From Octopus vulgaris (lineage: Eukaryota), in contig OX597829.1 in assembly GCA_951406725.2 (NCBI GenBank), forward strand, positions 41,354,001 through 41,418,000: a stretch of DNA of 64,000 bases, written 5' to 3'. How positions within the stretch are numbered: the stretch's first letter is position 1; the number at the start of each line of letters is the position of its first letter. This document shows positions 38,801 through 54,093 of this stretch, one piece after another. Made by a program: the position numbers and the translations under genes. The notes beneath the pieces were generated by a model. That model made no database searches, had not been told where the DNA came from, and saw only the letters and a program-made list of their open reading frames with translations.

Positions 38801-40252
38801 ACCATAGGCAGTGTCTCATAGTCTCATCCTCCCAATTCAAATAGGGTGAAAAAAACCCCCCCAAAAAAACCTACTCTATCTAATACAATTCCAGCTGACA
38901 AAGAAACTTCTACATAGCTGTTCAACCTAAGAAATAGTAGCCAAATACTCCTTCAAACATTTCCTAAAGTGTAAAACGAAAATAATAATTCTTCGGCAAA
39001 GACATTACGTCATATTGGAATTATTATTTTCGTTTTAATCCAGGGTTTTTATAACTGCTCAACTTGACTTAAAAGAATCGAAATCCATGACAAATATTCT
39101 TTACGAAACTTTTAGAATCTTTATATGAGCAGTTATATTAACCAATGGAAAAAAACCAAAATAATAATTCTTCGGCAAAGACATTACGTCATATTGCCAA
39201 TTCGCGCCACATTTCAAAATGGCTAAAATGGTTATTGCTACAAGTGTAAGGATACACAATGTGGTCTTAAGTACATTGTGTCTGAAAATAGAAATAGGAT
39301 GGTTATATCTGGAAAACCTTTGGTCATAAGTCTTCTTGTTAAGGCTGATCCAGGACTAAACAACATTACATTGGTGAGTGGGAGGAAGCAGAATCCCACA
39401 GGCCTTCCTAACTGCTCTGAGTCTGTTACATTTTATGTTTGATATTAACTTCTATAGATTTATATTTAAAGACTAAAATATTAATAAAGAAGACTATTTA
39501 GCTGAGAAAGCATGGAAGAAAATTTAACAGTGATACAGTGCAGATGATAGAGACGGGAGGATGTAGTTCACAATTTTATCAAATTTACATGTTATTTTAA
39601 CACACCAAAAGAGTCTCTACAAAGTTATTTTACTAGCTAAAAAGTATTGCAAAATTTTCTTCAAGTAATAGAGTCAATCCTTTGAGCCCTATGAGCTCAT
39701 CCTGACATGATCTCCACCCTCAGCTCCCAGTGAAAATTTGCAAAAAAATTCAGTTATGATTTATTTTTATTCATAGGCACAAAAGTGGCTGTGTGGTAAG
39801 AAGCTTGCTTCCCAACCACAAGGTTCTGGGTTCAGTCCCACTGCGTGGCACCTTGGGCAAGAGTCTTCTACTATAGCCTCTGGTCAACCAAAGCCTTGTG
39901 AGTGGATTTGGTAGAGGGAAACTGAAAAAAGCCTGTCGTGTATATATATGTATGTATGTATTTGTGTGTCTGTGCTCCCCCCCCCAATCGTTTGACAACT
40001 GATGTTGGTGTGTTTACGTCCCTGTAACTTAGCAGTATGGCAAAAAGTGACTAACAGAATAAGTAATAGGCTTACAAAAAATAAGTCCTGAGGTTGATTT
40101 GTTTGACTAAAGGCGGTGCTCCAGCATGGCCGCAGTCAAATGACTGAAACAAGTAAGAGAATAAATGAGTAAAAACGTGCTAGGTTTTTGTTGTTATGAT
40201 AAATAAACAAATAAAATACCTATTTCCTGTTGTTTATTTTATTTTCTCACTT

Positions 40253-42080
40253 CTACCTCCAAAACTGAACTTTATCATACTAGTCGTGTCAGCAATTTTG
40301 CTGTGGCACCCTGATGCACAAGAAAGCTTTACAATAATTACACCAGTAAACTGTTTCTGACTTTTGGGGGAAGGTCTTTATATGTAGCACTTGGATTTTG
40401 TTGTCTAGCTCTGTTGTGCTTTCCTGGGCATACTATACACCTATTGCTCAAAGTTGCATGGGGAGCTCTTTCCACCTTGTGTGGTCCATAATATTGCAGA
40501 AGTTTGTGTTTGGATGTATTTTCACTGGTAATAGTTGGTAATAATTGCCTACAAGTTAATGGCAGAGTTTTTCAACAAACACGTGGAATGTAAACATTCT
40601 TTGCCCCTGGGGATTATGTGGCTTATAATGTCCCCCAATAACATATGCATTATGTGCAGCCCACAAAAAACTTCCAAATAAGATGATGTGGCCATTTGTA
40701 ATGATGTCTGCTTTGGTCATTTTTATTGATGCCACCTGTGTATGCATTCTAACTTTGGACAGCTTTTGGGCAAACCACAGGAAGCCTTCTGTGCTCTTTT
40801 GTACATGTACTGGGGGGTTATAAATGCAGAAGTTACACAATAAATGGGCTTTTTGTTGCACCAAACAATTACTGCTACAATTCCATTGAATAAGAGTTTG
40901 AGTTGCCTCCTGCAGTTTTGATTTTTTGATTTGATGAGGTTTTTTGGAAAAAGTTTTCGATTTCTAAGCAGATTCTCTTTACTCTTTTATACTCTTTTAC
41001 TTGTTTCAGTCATTTGACTGCGGCCATGCTGGAGCACCGCCTTTAATCGAGCAACTCGATCCCCGGGACTTATTCTTTTGTAAGCCCAGTACTTATTCTA
41101 TCGGTCTCTTTTGCCGAACCGCTAAGTAACGGGGATGTAAACACACCAGCATCGGTTGTCAAGCAATGCTAGGGGGACAAACACAGACACACAAACACAT
41201 ATATACGACGGGCTTCTTTCAGATTCCGTCTACCAAATCCACTCACAAGGCTTTGGTCGGCCCGAGGCTATAGTAGAAGACACTTGCCCAAGGTGCCACG
41301 CAGTGGGATTGAACCCGGAACCATGTGGTTGGTAAACAAGCTACTTACCAAACAGCCACTCCTGCGCCTATATTCCTCCATTTTCTATAAAAAAAACTTG
41401 CACAAATATACATTAGTTTAGAATCTGTCTGTAAACACATAGTAATATTGGTCACGAAACACTTCCAACATATGAACAACAAGGTTTTCAAGTGTTTCGG
41501 CATCTTCCCTACAACCTATACTTCTGCATTTGAAATATAACCATTATCACTACGACAAACAAGGAAGGTTTTGATACCCCACTTTATCGGTTAATCTTTG
41601 AGATACTGTTTTATACATAGGGAGTTTTTTTTGTCGGAATCATCCCCTTGTCAAGTGACAAATTGCTTCTTGGTGGGTAATGCAACATGAATTTTTCTAA
41701 CAAGTGATTGAACACAGGCCTGGATTTGTAAATCTTGTCAGATTTGTCTAGTTCATTTACACTGTTTGGCCAGGAACAGAAGCCTAAACTGCGATGTAAA
41801 ATGGTCTTTTATTGGTTAAATAGTTACTGACCTAGCAGGTATGTATACTATACACTCAGGCTAGAAAACTGGCCTGGCGGGTTCAAAGGGTTACAAAAAA
41901 AGCAGATGATATGGTTGAAATGTTCTTGATTAAAGTCCACTTAAGGCTAATTAACATCATACCACTTAGCCTTTTATCCTTCTCATGTTGATTATAAGTC
42001 CTGAGCTCAATGTAATTAAAAATACCTGAGAAGATGGTACCCCAGAATACTGCTAAAAGCAATAAAAGAATGCACATCAA
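40253..42080 (-). pseudogene. Decayed piggyBac-family transposase, interrupted by a SINE
   Basis: Hand translation gives DKIYKSRPVF...LSLDKGMIP...KQYLKD*PIKWGIKTFLVC, VFTDRF*T, AAHNAYV, and a C-terminal Cys-rich domain RCIVC...VYWCNYCKAFLC...NC; many stops and frameshifts. Confidence 0.85.
40975..41370 (-). mobile_element. SINE family A inserted in the piggyBac transposase remnant
   Basis: Reverse complement of the 33179 copy. Confidence 0.85.
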
Positions 42081-44788
42081 CTTAACTTTACACCTTACTA
42101 TACACTGTACAATATATCAATTGTGAGTATTAGATTTAATTAGTCATCCAGTTTAACCATTTTTATACCAATCTGCTTAAACTTCTCATTTAAAGTGAAC
42201 TAAATTAAAATCTATCTTTAAAATTCCATTTGAATTAATGCCCCAAATACTAGGTTAATAATGACAAAGTTCTTTATTTTTCAAAATCGATTAAAGGGAA
42301 AGTCTGTGCAAATCAACAAAAGTAATGGTAACAAAAGGGCTAACACCAAGTCCTGGTCTTGGGGTGTAAGGAGCACAGACTCTGTTGTAAGCATTCAGCA
42401 CAGGTTTCTCTCTTTCTCTGGTTTGAGGATAACCCCCTCTTACCAGTGTCAGAGGCTTTCAAAAGGGTCATAAGCACTGCTCTTTACCTCTGATTAAGCA
42501 ATAGAAAGAAAGACAAAAACGACTCACATATTACTATACAACACCGCATCTTATTATACACCACATCAGTTCTATTGTTATATACATCAACTCAGCATCT
42601 TGCTACACACGACATCAACTTCTAAACATTATTTCTGTAACAACATACTGGCTGAATAGGTCACTAAAGCTAGCTAGATGAAATCACATCAACGTTGTAC
42701 AACAACAAGTCATTAAATGCGTACAACAAAAGATCAATTCTATTTCATACGCTTCCATAATACTACAAGTTAGCTGTGATAGATATTGTTCACACAGCAT
42801 TCATACTCTATTGTTCGTGTGACTTTCATGGCTCAATAAGTCATGCATACAAAAATGAACATTCTCTTTCACAAGACTTTCATTGTCTCGCTAAGAATGA
42901 GTCAGACTTCTTCATATGATGCATATGTGGCTGCCTTTTGTTGCCATTTTATAAAGGCATTTCTCTTTTGAATATTACCCTGAAAAATCAGCAAAACGAA
43001 CGGTATTGTTAATTTTGATATTTTCCTCCCCGAGCGTTTTTGTTTTATAACCAACACCATCATTCCTACTAACGTCACCTATACTATCATCATTACCGTT
43101 ATGATATCCAGTTTTGCATTCTGTAACGACTTAAGACAAATTTCGTTAACCTTATATTCGGCACCCAACTTTGGAGCCAAAGAACAAATTAATTTAACCA
43201 TGTAGTTTTTGTATTTTTAAGTATACAAATTTCAACCCTTCCCATACCATCCTGCTTGAGACTGTCCCTGGTTTAACAATATAAACTGTCTTAAAATGGT
43301 CTAAATTAAAGCCTCCCATTATGTTAGCATAAATTTCATGCTAAATTATGTTCTAACCACTAGTTTAAAATGATAAAGTTATTTTAATATATTTTTCATA
43401 ATTTTAAAAAATTAACTAAAACAAGGGTGATACATTTCAACAGAAATACATTAACAAAAGTGTTGTTAAGCATGAATATCAATCACCAACTCATTTAAAA
43501 AAAAATACTTTTAAGAGTAATTTCAAAAGAGGGCTAGGGGAATATTCAACTGAGAAGAGAGAAAGAGGAGGTACATTTACTACAGTTAAATATTTTGTTA
43601 TAGATTCCGCTAAGTTTGGGGAGGCGGGAGGACTACAGGAAGTGAGTTGTAAAGAGAAGCTGTGTTACATAAGATCTAGCTTGCATCTTGGCATGAGGAC
43701 TGACTCCATAGTGGGTAACAAACGAATTTTAGTGGGACAGGATGTTGGTTGGTATAAAGAGTACAGATTAGATATTAATGGATGAAGGTGTAATGGTTCA
43801 GTGATTTTGGGTTTTGTATAAAAGAAAGGAAAATCCCTAAAAGTGCTCAATGGTAGAATTTTTTTTCTCCATAGGTAGATGTTCAACTCTGGAAGAAAAA
43901 TATGTTATTTCATCAAATATTTCTAGATAATAACATCTATTTAAATGTATGTGTATGTGCAGGTACATACTTGTTTGCATAAAGCAATGCAAACAATGAA
44001 TGTGAAAGAGGTGCAGTGCAATTTTTAGCAAAATGCAGAGAAAACAGAACTTGCAATATATATTTCTTTACTACCCACAAGGGGCTAAACACAGAGGGGA
44101 CAAACAAGGACACACAAAGGGATTAAGTCAATTATATCGACCCCAGTGCATAACTGGTACTTAATTTATCGACCCCAAAAGGCAAATTGACCTCGGCGGA
44201 ATTTGAACTCAGAACGTAGCGGCAGGCGAAATACGGCTACGCATTTCGCCCGGCGTGCTTACATTCCTGCCAGCTCGCCGCCTTTGCAATATATCAATAC
44301 TGTACTTAAGTGATTATCAGTGTGAGCAGTCTAAATTGCAGCCCATGCACAGGTACAACTGACTTGCTGAAAATAATATTTATTATAATTAGAGCTGGGA
44401 AGGTTTGTTAGAGCACTGATTGTGGCTATAGTATAAACAAGACAGAAGAAATTTAGAAATTTAGAGCAGTAGGTACATCTGTTATAACAAATGATTTTTA
44501 CAGTTTTCTGAGCCAATAAGAAAGTTGCTACATGGCTGCCTGATATGTTTGAAATATCAGCCAAATTTCCTTTAAATCACAGACTATCATCTTAAAAAAG
44601 GGATACATTAGATAAAATAATCCAAGATTCTGAAAGCAAAGACAGGATTGTCACAGCTGGAACATATTTCATCGTAAGTTTGCTGAACTGGGAATGATAT
44701 TTGGTGCTAAACAGCAGCAAATACTTTTCTTCTTTATATGAAAAGCAGACAATACAAATGTAAAAAAAGTGTGATACTGTATGGGTGC

Positions 44789-45017
44789 TTAACTCTTTAG
44801 CATTTAAACTGGCCATTTCCAGCCAAAATATTCTACTTGCCTTATGTACAAACTAGTCAGATCTGGCATCTCATACCTATCCTAGAATGTCATTTTGAGC
44901 ATAAACAAAACACATCATTGAAATCTCAAGGCTACCACATAATGCAGGATAAATTCAAAACAATGCGAATAAATAAGCATTACATTTGATAGAATAATTT
45001 GAATGCTAGAAGGTTAA
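44789..45017. mobile_element. Second TTAA-flanked MITE family
   Basis: TTAA-CTCTTTAGCATT...AATGCTAGAAGG-TTAA; related decayed copy near 27197-27350. Confidence 0.65.
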
Positions 45018-47899
45018 ATATATTTCTTTACTGCCCACAAGGGGCTACACATGGAGGGGACAAGCAAGGACAGACAAACGGATTAAGTTGATTACATTGA
45101 CCCCAGTGCGTAACTGGTACTTATTTAATCGACCCCGAAAGGATGAAAGGCAAAGTCAACCTCGGTGGAACTTGAACTCAGAACATAAAGGCAGACGAAA
45201 TATGGCTACGCATTTCGCCCGGCATGCCAACGTTTCTGCCAGCTCGCCCGCCGCCTTAAAGAAGGTTAAATAACTGCAGTTAATACATTAGTGTAGACAT
45301 AGCTGTATGCTTAAAAATAGTTCTGAGTTTAGTCCCAATGAAGAACACAGGACACGTGTTCTCTACCGTAGACTTTGTCAACGAAAACTTATGAGTGAAA
45401 TTTGGTCGTCAGAAAACGTACTGTAGACTGCTGAATACAGAATATGGTGTACGGGTGTATGGCGTGCATGAAGAATGATAGATGGGTAAAAGTGACAAAG
45501 AATGCGAGTAGAAGGAACATGCATAAAATAAAAACCTTACGGCATACTTTATGGTTTTTAGTTCCTGCTAAAGAAGAGTCGCCTTTCCGCTCTTATGGAT
45601 CGATAAAGTTGCCAAACAAAGTATTGCGTTTGATATAATCAATTAAAATACTTGAAAGCGATCTTCCAGTTACGCTGGGAACCAGTGGAAGGAAGAAAGA
45701 AAGAAAGAATACTTTTTCTTTTATGGCACATCAAATGGATTATGCTTAATCTATGTGATGTGTCATTTGACTTTCATGGTTCATTAAAACTGATCATGGG
45801 TTAGTGATACACGAGGCACCAATGATCCTGTCACTGGGTACAAAAGAGATGACTGGTTTGGATATACACTCACTGGGTGGATATCAAAAACATTGGCCAC
45901 TTTATACAAGAGATGTAATATATAAGATATTGGTCACTGACTACTGTGTATAAGAGAACCGACTGTACTGCTACGGTGTCCCCTACCATGCGTAATTTGT
46001 GTGTATCTATATCTACCATGGGTTTAATTTTAAAATATAGATATAATGGTGATCAACATTTGTACTGGTAGTGGTATTGTTTGGATATTATACGTGCGTG
46101 CGCGTACACACACACACATACACAAGATATCAATAACACTCACTGCATATGTAGAAAAGATTATTGAAAAATATCTAGTCTGGATATGTAATAAATATTC
46201 TAAACATCAACAACACTGACAACAGTACATAAGAAAGGTAACTGTTAGCAGTTTATTATATCAGACATGTAATAAACACTGGAGAACAACAACAGAGCTG
46301 ATCACTGGATCCTTTGCAGTGCGATTTCTACTGAACTAATATGAGTACCTATGTACTTTGATTAATCTTGAACCCCCCACCCAAAAAAAAGAACTATGTT
46401 ATGGCAATATCTTTTTCATAACACAACAAAAACGTTTTATATACTATCCTTTCATTTGACTGTGGCCAGACTGGGGCACTACCTTGAAGGGTTTCATATT
46501 TCTTTATTGCCCACAAGAGGCTAAACACAGAGGGGACAAACAAAGAGATTAAGTCGATTACATCAACCCCAGTGCGTAACTGGTACTTAATTCATCGAGC
46601 CTGAAAGGATGAAAGGCAAAGTCGACCTCAGTGGAATTTGAACTCAGAATGTAACGGCAGATGAAATACTGCTAAGCATTTCACCTGGTGTGCTAACGTT
46701 TCTGCCTATTCGCCACCTTATACAAACAAGGACAGACAAAGGGACAAACCTTGAAGGGTTTCAGTCAAACAAATTGACCCCAGGACTTATTTTTTAAAGC
46801 CTAGGATTTATTCTATCAGTATCTTTTGCTGAACCACTAAGTTACAGGGATGTAAACACACCAACACCAGTTGTCAAGCAGTGGGGACAAACATAGACAC
46901 AGAGACACACATGCATAGATACATATACACATACGATGGTTTTTGTTTTTTTTCATTTTCCATTTACCAAATCCACTCACAAGGCTTTGGTTGGCCCAAG
47001 GCTATAATAGAAGACACTTGCCTAAGGCAGCACGCAGTGGAACTGAACCCAGAACCATGTGGTTGGGAAGCAAGCTTCTTACCACAGAGCCTGTGCCTAT
47101 TCTTACCATACAGCCACGCCTGTAAAACGTCTTAATTTAAGTGCAAGACAGGAGCTTTTTTGCCATCACAGAACCAGAAGTATTGTTCAGGTAATTGATA
47201 TGAAAGTGGTTAAGTTGTAGGAAAGATAAACTACATGGTAAAGTTAAATATGTGTATGTAAAGTGATAAAGGAAAAGGCCCTTGGGTACAGCTTGACAGA
47301 AGTTGACTTGGAAGAGGGTATTTAGAAAAGAAAAGCCGGTGTTTATAGCTATGGCAATTTATGTAGTAAGCTCTGTACAACATATGATAACATGCCAGTT
47401 AAAATGGCGATGAAATGTTTTTGACAAGCCCGTAAACATTAGTAATTTATGTAAATAATGAATAAAGTATTAAAATGTTTCTGTTGTAATTTGTAGTGGT
47501 GGCAGTAGTAGTATGTAGTAGCAGCAGCAGCAACGATGATGCAGGTGGCTATGATGGTGATGGTATAGCAATGCTCCAGTGGAAAAATGAAATCTTCAAA
47601 AGAAGCAGACAGGTTAACCCCCACCACTCACATACACACAGACACAGACACACTTATACATTGCTGGCAGTTGTAATGATCAGCGTGGAAGGTAGGGGTA
47701 GAAAACATCATCCAAGCCTATCTTCCAATAATATGGAGAAAAACGATAGCACTAGGAGTACTTAGAATACCTACTTCTTTTAAAACTAGATTTATACAGG
47801 CTTGCCTATGTATATTTCTTAAATGCAGCAGCTGTGTGTATGCATAAAAGGGATATATATGTACAATATAAACGTATATATAAAAAAGGTGTGTGTGTG

Positions 47900-47930
<31 letters not shown>

Positions 47931-50900
47931 GAAAATATGGCTATACATACACACATACACATGCACTCAAACATATATACACACACTCACTGGTAGCAGC
48001 TGTTTTCCTTTTTCTGAGAAATTCGATTCCACCCTCTTGAAGGAGATAACAGCAGGAAGAAAAGCCAAAGTGTTGATTTATTTACGGTGGGTCTCAATCT
48101 GCTAGGTAGTGACCCATACACAGTTGGTTTCAGGATCAACTTCTGTGGCACTATCAAGCGATTAATTTGCAATAAATTAATAAATGCCACAGACGAACTC
48201 AATAGATGATATTGCACACTGCAAGCACAATATATTCTATTTTGTGAATAATCCTATTTGGGACTGGTAAAACCTGAAGCAGGTAAAGCTACAAATAATA
48301 CCCTGTAAATATTGGTTTAGAAAAAACCCCTTTGGATAGATAAAATCGAAAGCTGCCTGTGGAACATGAGCCCGATATTTACATACTATTATTTATAGCT
48401 TTATCAGCTTCAAGCTTCACTGTTCCAAAAATGGAATATTGAATTAAATATCTTTATGTATATTCACAACTGTGTGTTTGTGTGGATGTGTACTTTGCAG
48501 TCACAGGTGTATAACTTCATGAACGAGTGTGTAAATGTAAGTCAAATGTGTGTTTATATGTGTGCACACAAAAGATGCACACAAGTGCATTTGTATGTGT
48601 ATTTTTTTTAATGTTCGGAACGAAATTTGCAAACACAGCCTCCCCCACCAATTTTTTACTAACAAGGTCAACGTTTTCAATCTTAATAGCAAAACAAACA
48701 CAATATTGGTAATAATAATAATAATGATGATGATGATGATAATAATATCTGTACATCAATCGAATCAGATAAATCCAATAATGGAAAAGTAGTGTTTCAA
48801 ATCAGTCCAAAATTGTTTCTACATTCATTCATTTTAGCAATGAAGTTTTTCAAGAGGCTGTTCAAAGTGTTTTCATCACCCCCACCTCCAATTTTAGGGA
48901 GGGGGTGGGGGTTTGAAAATCCACCCACTGTTCCCAAGCCTATGTTTATATATTTACATTTTATATATTAATGTTCTTTGTTTGCATAAGATGCATTTAA
49001 ATAAGTGGTGGTTTTTATGTGTTAAAATATCTACGTATATGTGCTATACAGATACATATATATGCATAAATATATAAATACACATCATTAATCTCAAACA
49101 TGTATGAGTATACACCCCCCCCGCTACAGGTATTAGTAATAAGAGCAAATGTGTGGAATATATATGCACACACAAAAATTCAATTACATTTATCTCAAAT
49201 TTCTATTTATACATATACACATAAGATAAACATATGTAAACATATAAATGTGTGGATATATACAGATAGATGTGCCCTTATATAAGCACACACAATATAT
49301 ATATTACTCTTTACTCTTTTATTTGTTTCAGTCATTTGACTGCAGCCATGCTGGAGCACCGCCTTTAGTTGAACAAATCAACCCCAGAACTTATTCTTTG
49401 TAAGCCTAGTACTTATTCTATTGGTCTCTATTTCTGAACTGCTAAGTTATGGGGACTCAGACATACATACAAACATACACACACACACACGTATATATAT
49501 ATATGACAGGCTTCTTTCAGTTTCTGTCCACCAAACCACTCACAAGGCTTTGGTTGGCCGTGGCTACAGCAGAAGACACTTGCCCAAGGTGCCACGCAGT
49601 GGGGTTGAACCCAGAACCATGTGGTTAGTAAGCAAGTTACTTACCACACAGCCACTCCTGAAATACATACACGCAGATACAAACAATGTACACACAAATA
49701 TATATATATATATATTGGTGCAGAAGTGGCTATATGGTGAAGAAGCTTGCTTCCCAACCACATAGTTTCAGGTTCAGTCCCACTACATGGTACCTTGGGA
49801 AAGTGTCTTTTACTGTATGGCATCAGGCCAACCAAAACTTTCTAAGTGGATTTAGTAGATGGATGCTGAAAGAAGCCTGTAATATAAATGTATATTCATA
49901 TACATTTGCATTTCCTACACTCGACATTACAATTTATTGTTGTAAATGAATGTCAACTATTTCTGATATTCTGCAGAAACATATCTGACCACGGAGAAAT
50001 ACTACCGTGTTTTGAAACAGGTAAGAGTTGGGCATCATGAAGGACAACATTCAGACATAAAAAAATTTGCCTCAATAAACTCTGACCCATGCAAGCATGG
50101 AAAAGAGACATTAATTAAAATGATAATCATAGATGAGATTTTTCTATGGTTAGATGCATTTTCCCGCTATCAACAAATCCTTGTTATTCAAAAAAGTTTT
50201 TTTTTACATTTCACTGGTCCTTATATGTTTGCTTAAATACAGGATATTTGTTTATTGCAGAACAAAGAATGTCACCGTATTTTACTCAAATGGTATTAAT
50301 TAAAACATAGAATCAACAACGTTCACATAGGTACATATGCTGACACAAATACACACAACAGAGTGATAAGCAGTTTTCTAACAATTCCATTTACAGAGCA
50401 TTGTTTGATCCGAGACAATAATAAAAGACACTTGCTGAAGACACTATGTAGTGGGACTAAACTCAAAACCATGTTAAGGCAAATCAATCATACATGTTCC
50501 TACACACACATATTTTATGGCTTTGAGTTTCACTGATCCAAAAACGAATTATTTCACGTTCTCTTGAAGCTTCTAAATTCTTGACATCAACAATACACAC
50601 ACACACATAAAAAAAAATCATATACACACATGCAGGTAATACATACATATATATATATACATACACATCCACACAAACATACATGAGTACATGTACATGG
50701 CATCACCCCTATATAAATGCATGAATGTATGACTAAGCAAGAATGAAAGAAACAGCAGTGACCCCATCTCACCCACCACCAGACCAAACATAGAAGTCTC
50801 ATAAATGTGCACACATACATATATAAACACATGTGTATACATACATGAAATTTGTTAGTCTCAACTGATGGTTTTTCAATTTAATATTTGTACATATAAA

Positions 50901-50974
50901 TATATGTGCATGTATTCATGAGTTTGTATGTATATACATATATAAAAATAAATCTAAGCATATATATACATCAC

Positions 50975-50982
50975 TCTCTCTC

Positions 50983-51036
<54 letters not shown>

Positions 51037-51191
51037 GTACACACACACACATATATATGTATACACACACACACACACATATATATGTATACACACACAC
51101 ACACACATATATATGTATACACACACACACATATATATGTATACACACACACATATATGTATACACACACACACACACACACACATATATG

Positions 51192-51249
<58 letters not shown>

Positions 51250-51255
51250 CACACA
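50975..51255. repeat. (TA)/(CA) compound microsatellite
   Basis: Direct reading of the sequence. Confidence 0.95.
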
Positions 51256-53137
51256 TGAATACCACAGGCAGCCTTTGATTTTTTTCTATCCAAGTGTTTT
51301 TAACACAATATTTTGCATGTTATTATTTATAGCTTTATTTTTTATCTACTCTGAGTTTCACCATTGAAACAATTTATTTCATATCTCTTGAAATTTCTAA
51401 AACAGAAATAAATCCTTATAATGTAAACAGCACAGACATTCATGCATGCATGCACACACACGTGTGTGAGCAAGCCACTTAAAGCAAGCTATCATCATTA
51501 CACTAAAAGAGCCAGCAAGAGAGTCCCTATCAGAGACAGCTGAATATTTAAGAAACTAGCAGAAACTGAGAACACTTCAGCTTCTACAAGTGCAAACTGT
51601 TTGCTTTATAAATAGTGAACAAGGTGTGCTAATGTACTAAATATGGTAATTTAAATAGTGAATTACAATGAAAGGATCTAACATAGATGTGTAGCTGGGA
51701 ACTTCACTTCACAGTTGTGTGGTCTTGGGTTTAGTTCGGTTGCACATCACCTTGTCTTATGAAGTTGGTGGACAGATGATAGATACAGGGAGGCCCATGT
51801 TTACAAAACTTGAAAGAAATGAAGCAAGCATGCTCTGCTCTCTCTCTCTCTCTGCTGGATGGGTAATGTAAATGTACATGAACAATGGAGAATGAATGTG
51901 TTGAGTAAAACTGGGCATAAGAAGAATTAGATACAGCATGCTAAAAGAGAAAATCGAGTTAGTATGGTCATGTGATGTGTATGGATGAGAACAGCTGTAT
52001 AAAGAAGTGCCCACTGTTTATGGTAGATGAAACCAGTGCAAAAGGGAAGCCGAGGTAAAACAGATCTCAGTATGTTGAGTGTTATGGAAATGAAAGACCC
52101 AAGAAGATTGGAGAGCAATGTGTTGTGGAAGTACAATATGAATATACACAACTGCTCAATACACACCAGTCCTGCTGCTCACCCTTGTTAACTTCATCTT
52201 CTTTCACTCATCAATCAACTGTTTTATTCTGATGCATCGTCATCATTTAACGTCCGCTTTCCATTCTAGCATGGGTTGGACGATTTTGACAGAGGGCTGG
52301 CGAAGCAGATGGCAGCACCAGGCTCCAATCTTGATCTGGCAGAGTTTCTAGAGCTGGATGTCCTTCCTAACTCCAATCACTCCGAGAGTGTAGTAGGTGC
52401 CTTTTACGTGCCACCGGCACGGGGGCCAGTCAGGCGGTACTGGCAACGACCTCGCTTGAATCTTTTTACACGTGCCACTGGCAGAGGTGCCAGTGAAGTG
52501 ACGTTGTTAAGCGAAGTGAATTAATAAAAGCAGAACTCATTACTGCATATTATTACCCTTTTTGCACTACCATTTATCACCTTTCTATTCACCCCCACCC
52601 ACAATACATCCACTTTTGCAACCGTTATCCATTGTTCTATCTTTCACATTCTATTGTATATCACCATGTTGGGCATGTTATCTGGAGGATACACTCTGGT
52701 TCCTTGTCACCATTATCTGCTTCTTTTCTGCCACCACTCCATCCATCTCATTCACCTGTATGTAATGTGAGGTATCCCACAATCTCCACAACAGTAGACC
52801 AGTTCCTGTTCCTCCCACCATCATTAATCTAACATTACACATAAGGCCTCCTTATCTCCTATTCTCTCTCTCAGCTGAAGGAACTCTTTAGTCCTGTGAG
52901 TTAGAAGGTGCCACAATAAAAAAACACTCAGTACTGCATATTATTACCCTTTTTGCACTACCAAACTGAGATGTCAGAGCTACGGGTTCTCCAACCAGAA
53001 GTAGACAAATGAAAGGAAGAATTTCTACTCCAGGCAAAAGGCCTGAAATTTTGGGGGAGGGGGCCAGTTGATTAGATCACCCCCAGTATGCAACTGGTAC
53101 TTAATTTATCGACCCCGAAAGGACAAAAGGCAAAGTC

Positions 53138-53941
53138 AACCATGGCGGAATTTGAACCCAGAACACAAAGACAGACGAAATACCACTAAGCATTTTGCCT
53201 GGCATGCTAATGTTTCTGCCAACTCGCCACCTAGTGAAAGAAAGTGGCACTCAACAGACACATTTGATACAAGTTATGTATATCATAACAGTTTGGCTTG
53301 GGTTCATGCACATTCATTTATTCATTTCAGTTCACTTATCATTGTTTAGGGACTCATTTGAGGTAACGTATTACAACTGGATGCCTTTCCAATTGCCAGT
53401 ACCGTAACTGTTTATCAAGTCACTGAAAAAATTCAACGCTCTTTGAAAACAGAGTAACCTGTCATTACTCTATCACCAATTCATTGGGACAGTGACAAGC
53501 AGAGCCATGGAAGGAAATCAACATTAGCACACACCCACATCTATATATGCACATGTTATCATTGTTTCAATGTTTACTTTTCCATAGTCGCATGGGTCAG
53601 ATGAAACTTTGGTGAGGTGTAATAAAATAGATGCTCTTCCAGTTGCCAACTCTTACCAGATTCCATGTAAGATAATATTTTCTCTAGTCCTTTGCACAAT
53701 AAACAACCATGGCGGAATTTGAACCCAGAACACAAAGACAGATGAAATACCACTGAGCATTTCGCCTGGCATGCTAGTGAAAGAAAGTGGCACTCAACAG
53801 ACACATTTGGCACAAGTTATGTATATCATAACAGTTTGGCTTGGGTTCATGCACATTCATTTATTCATTTCAGTTCACTTATCATTGTTTAGGGACTCAT
53901 TTGAGGTAACGTGTTACAACTGGATGCCTCTCCAATTGCCA
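53138..53941 (+). repeat. Local direct duplication (53138-53398 and 53704-53941)
   Basis: A SINE head plus about 170 bp of flank is duplicated; the second copy has a short deletion at a CTA microhomology. Confidence 0.85.
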
Positions 53942-54093
53942 ATACTCTACCTCTGGTATTTGAGTATTTTTTTTCCACTGAAAAAATTTATGTGCTTACC
54001 CCGGTATATATATACATATGCCAGCATGGACAACAGACGTTAACTGATGATAATAATAATAATATCTACAACTTTATATTTATGCTGACTTCA

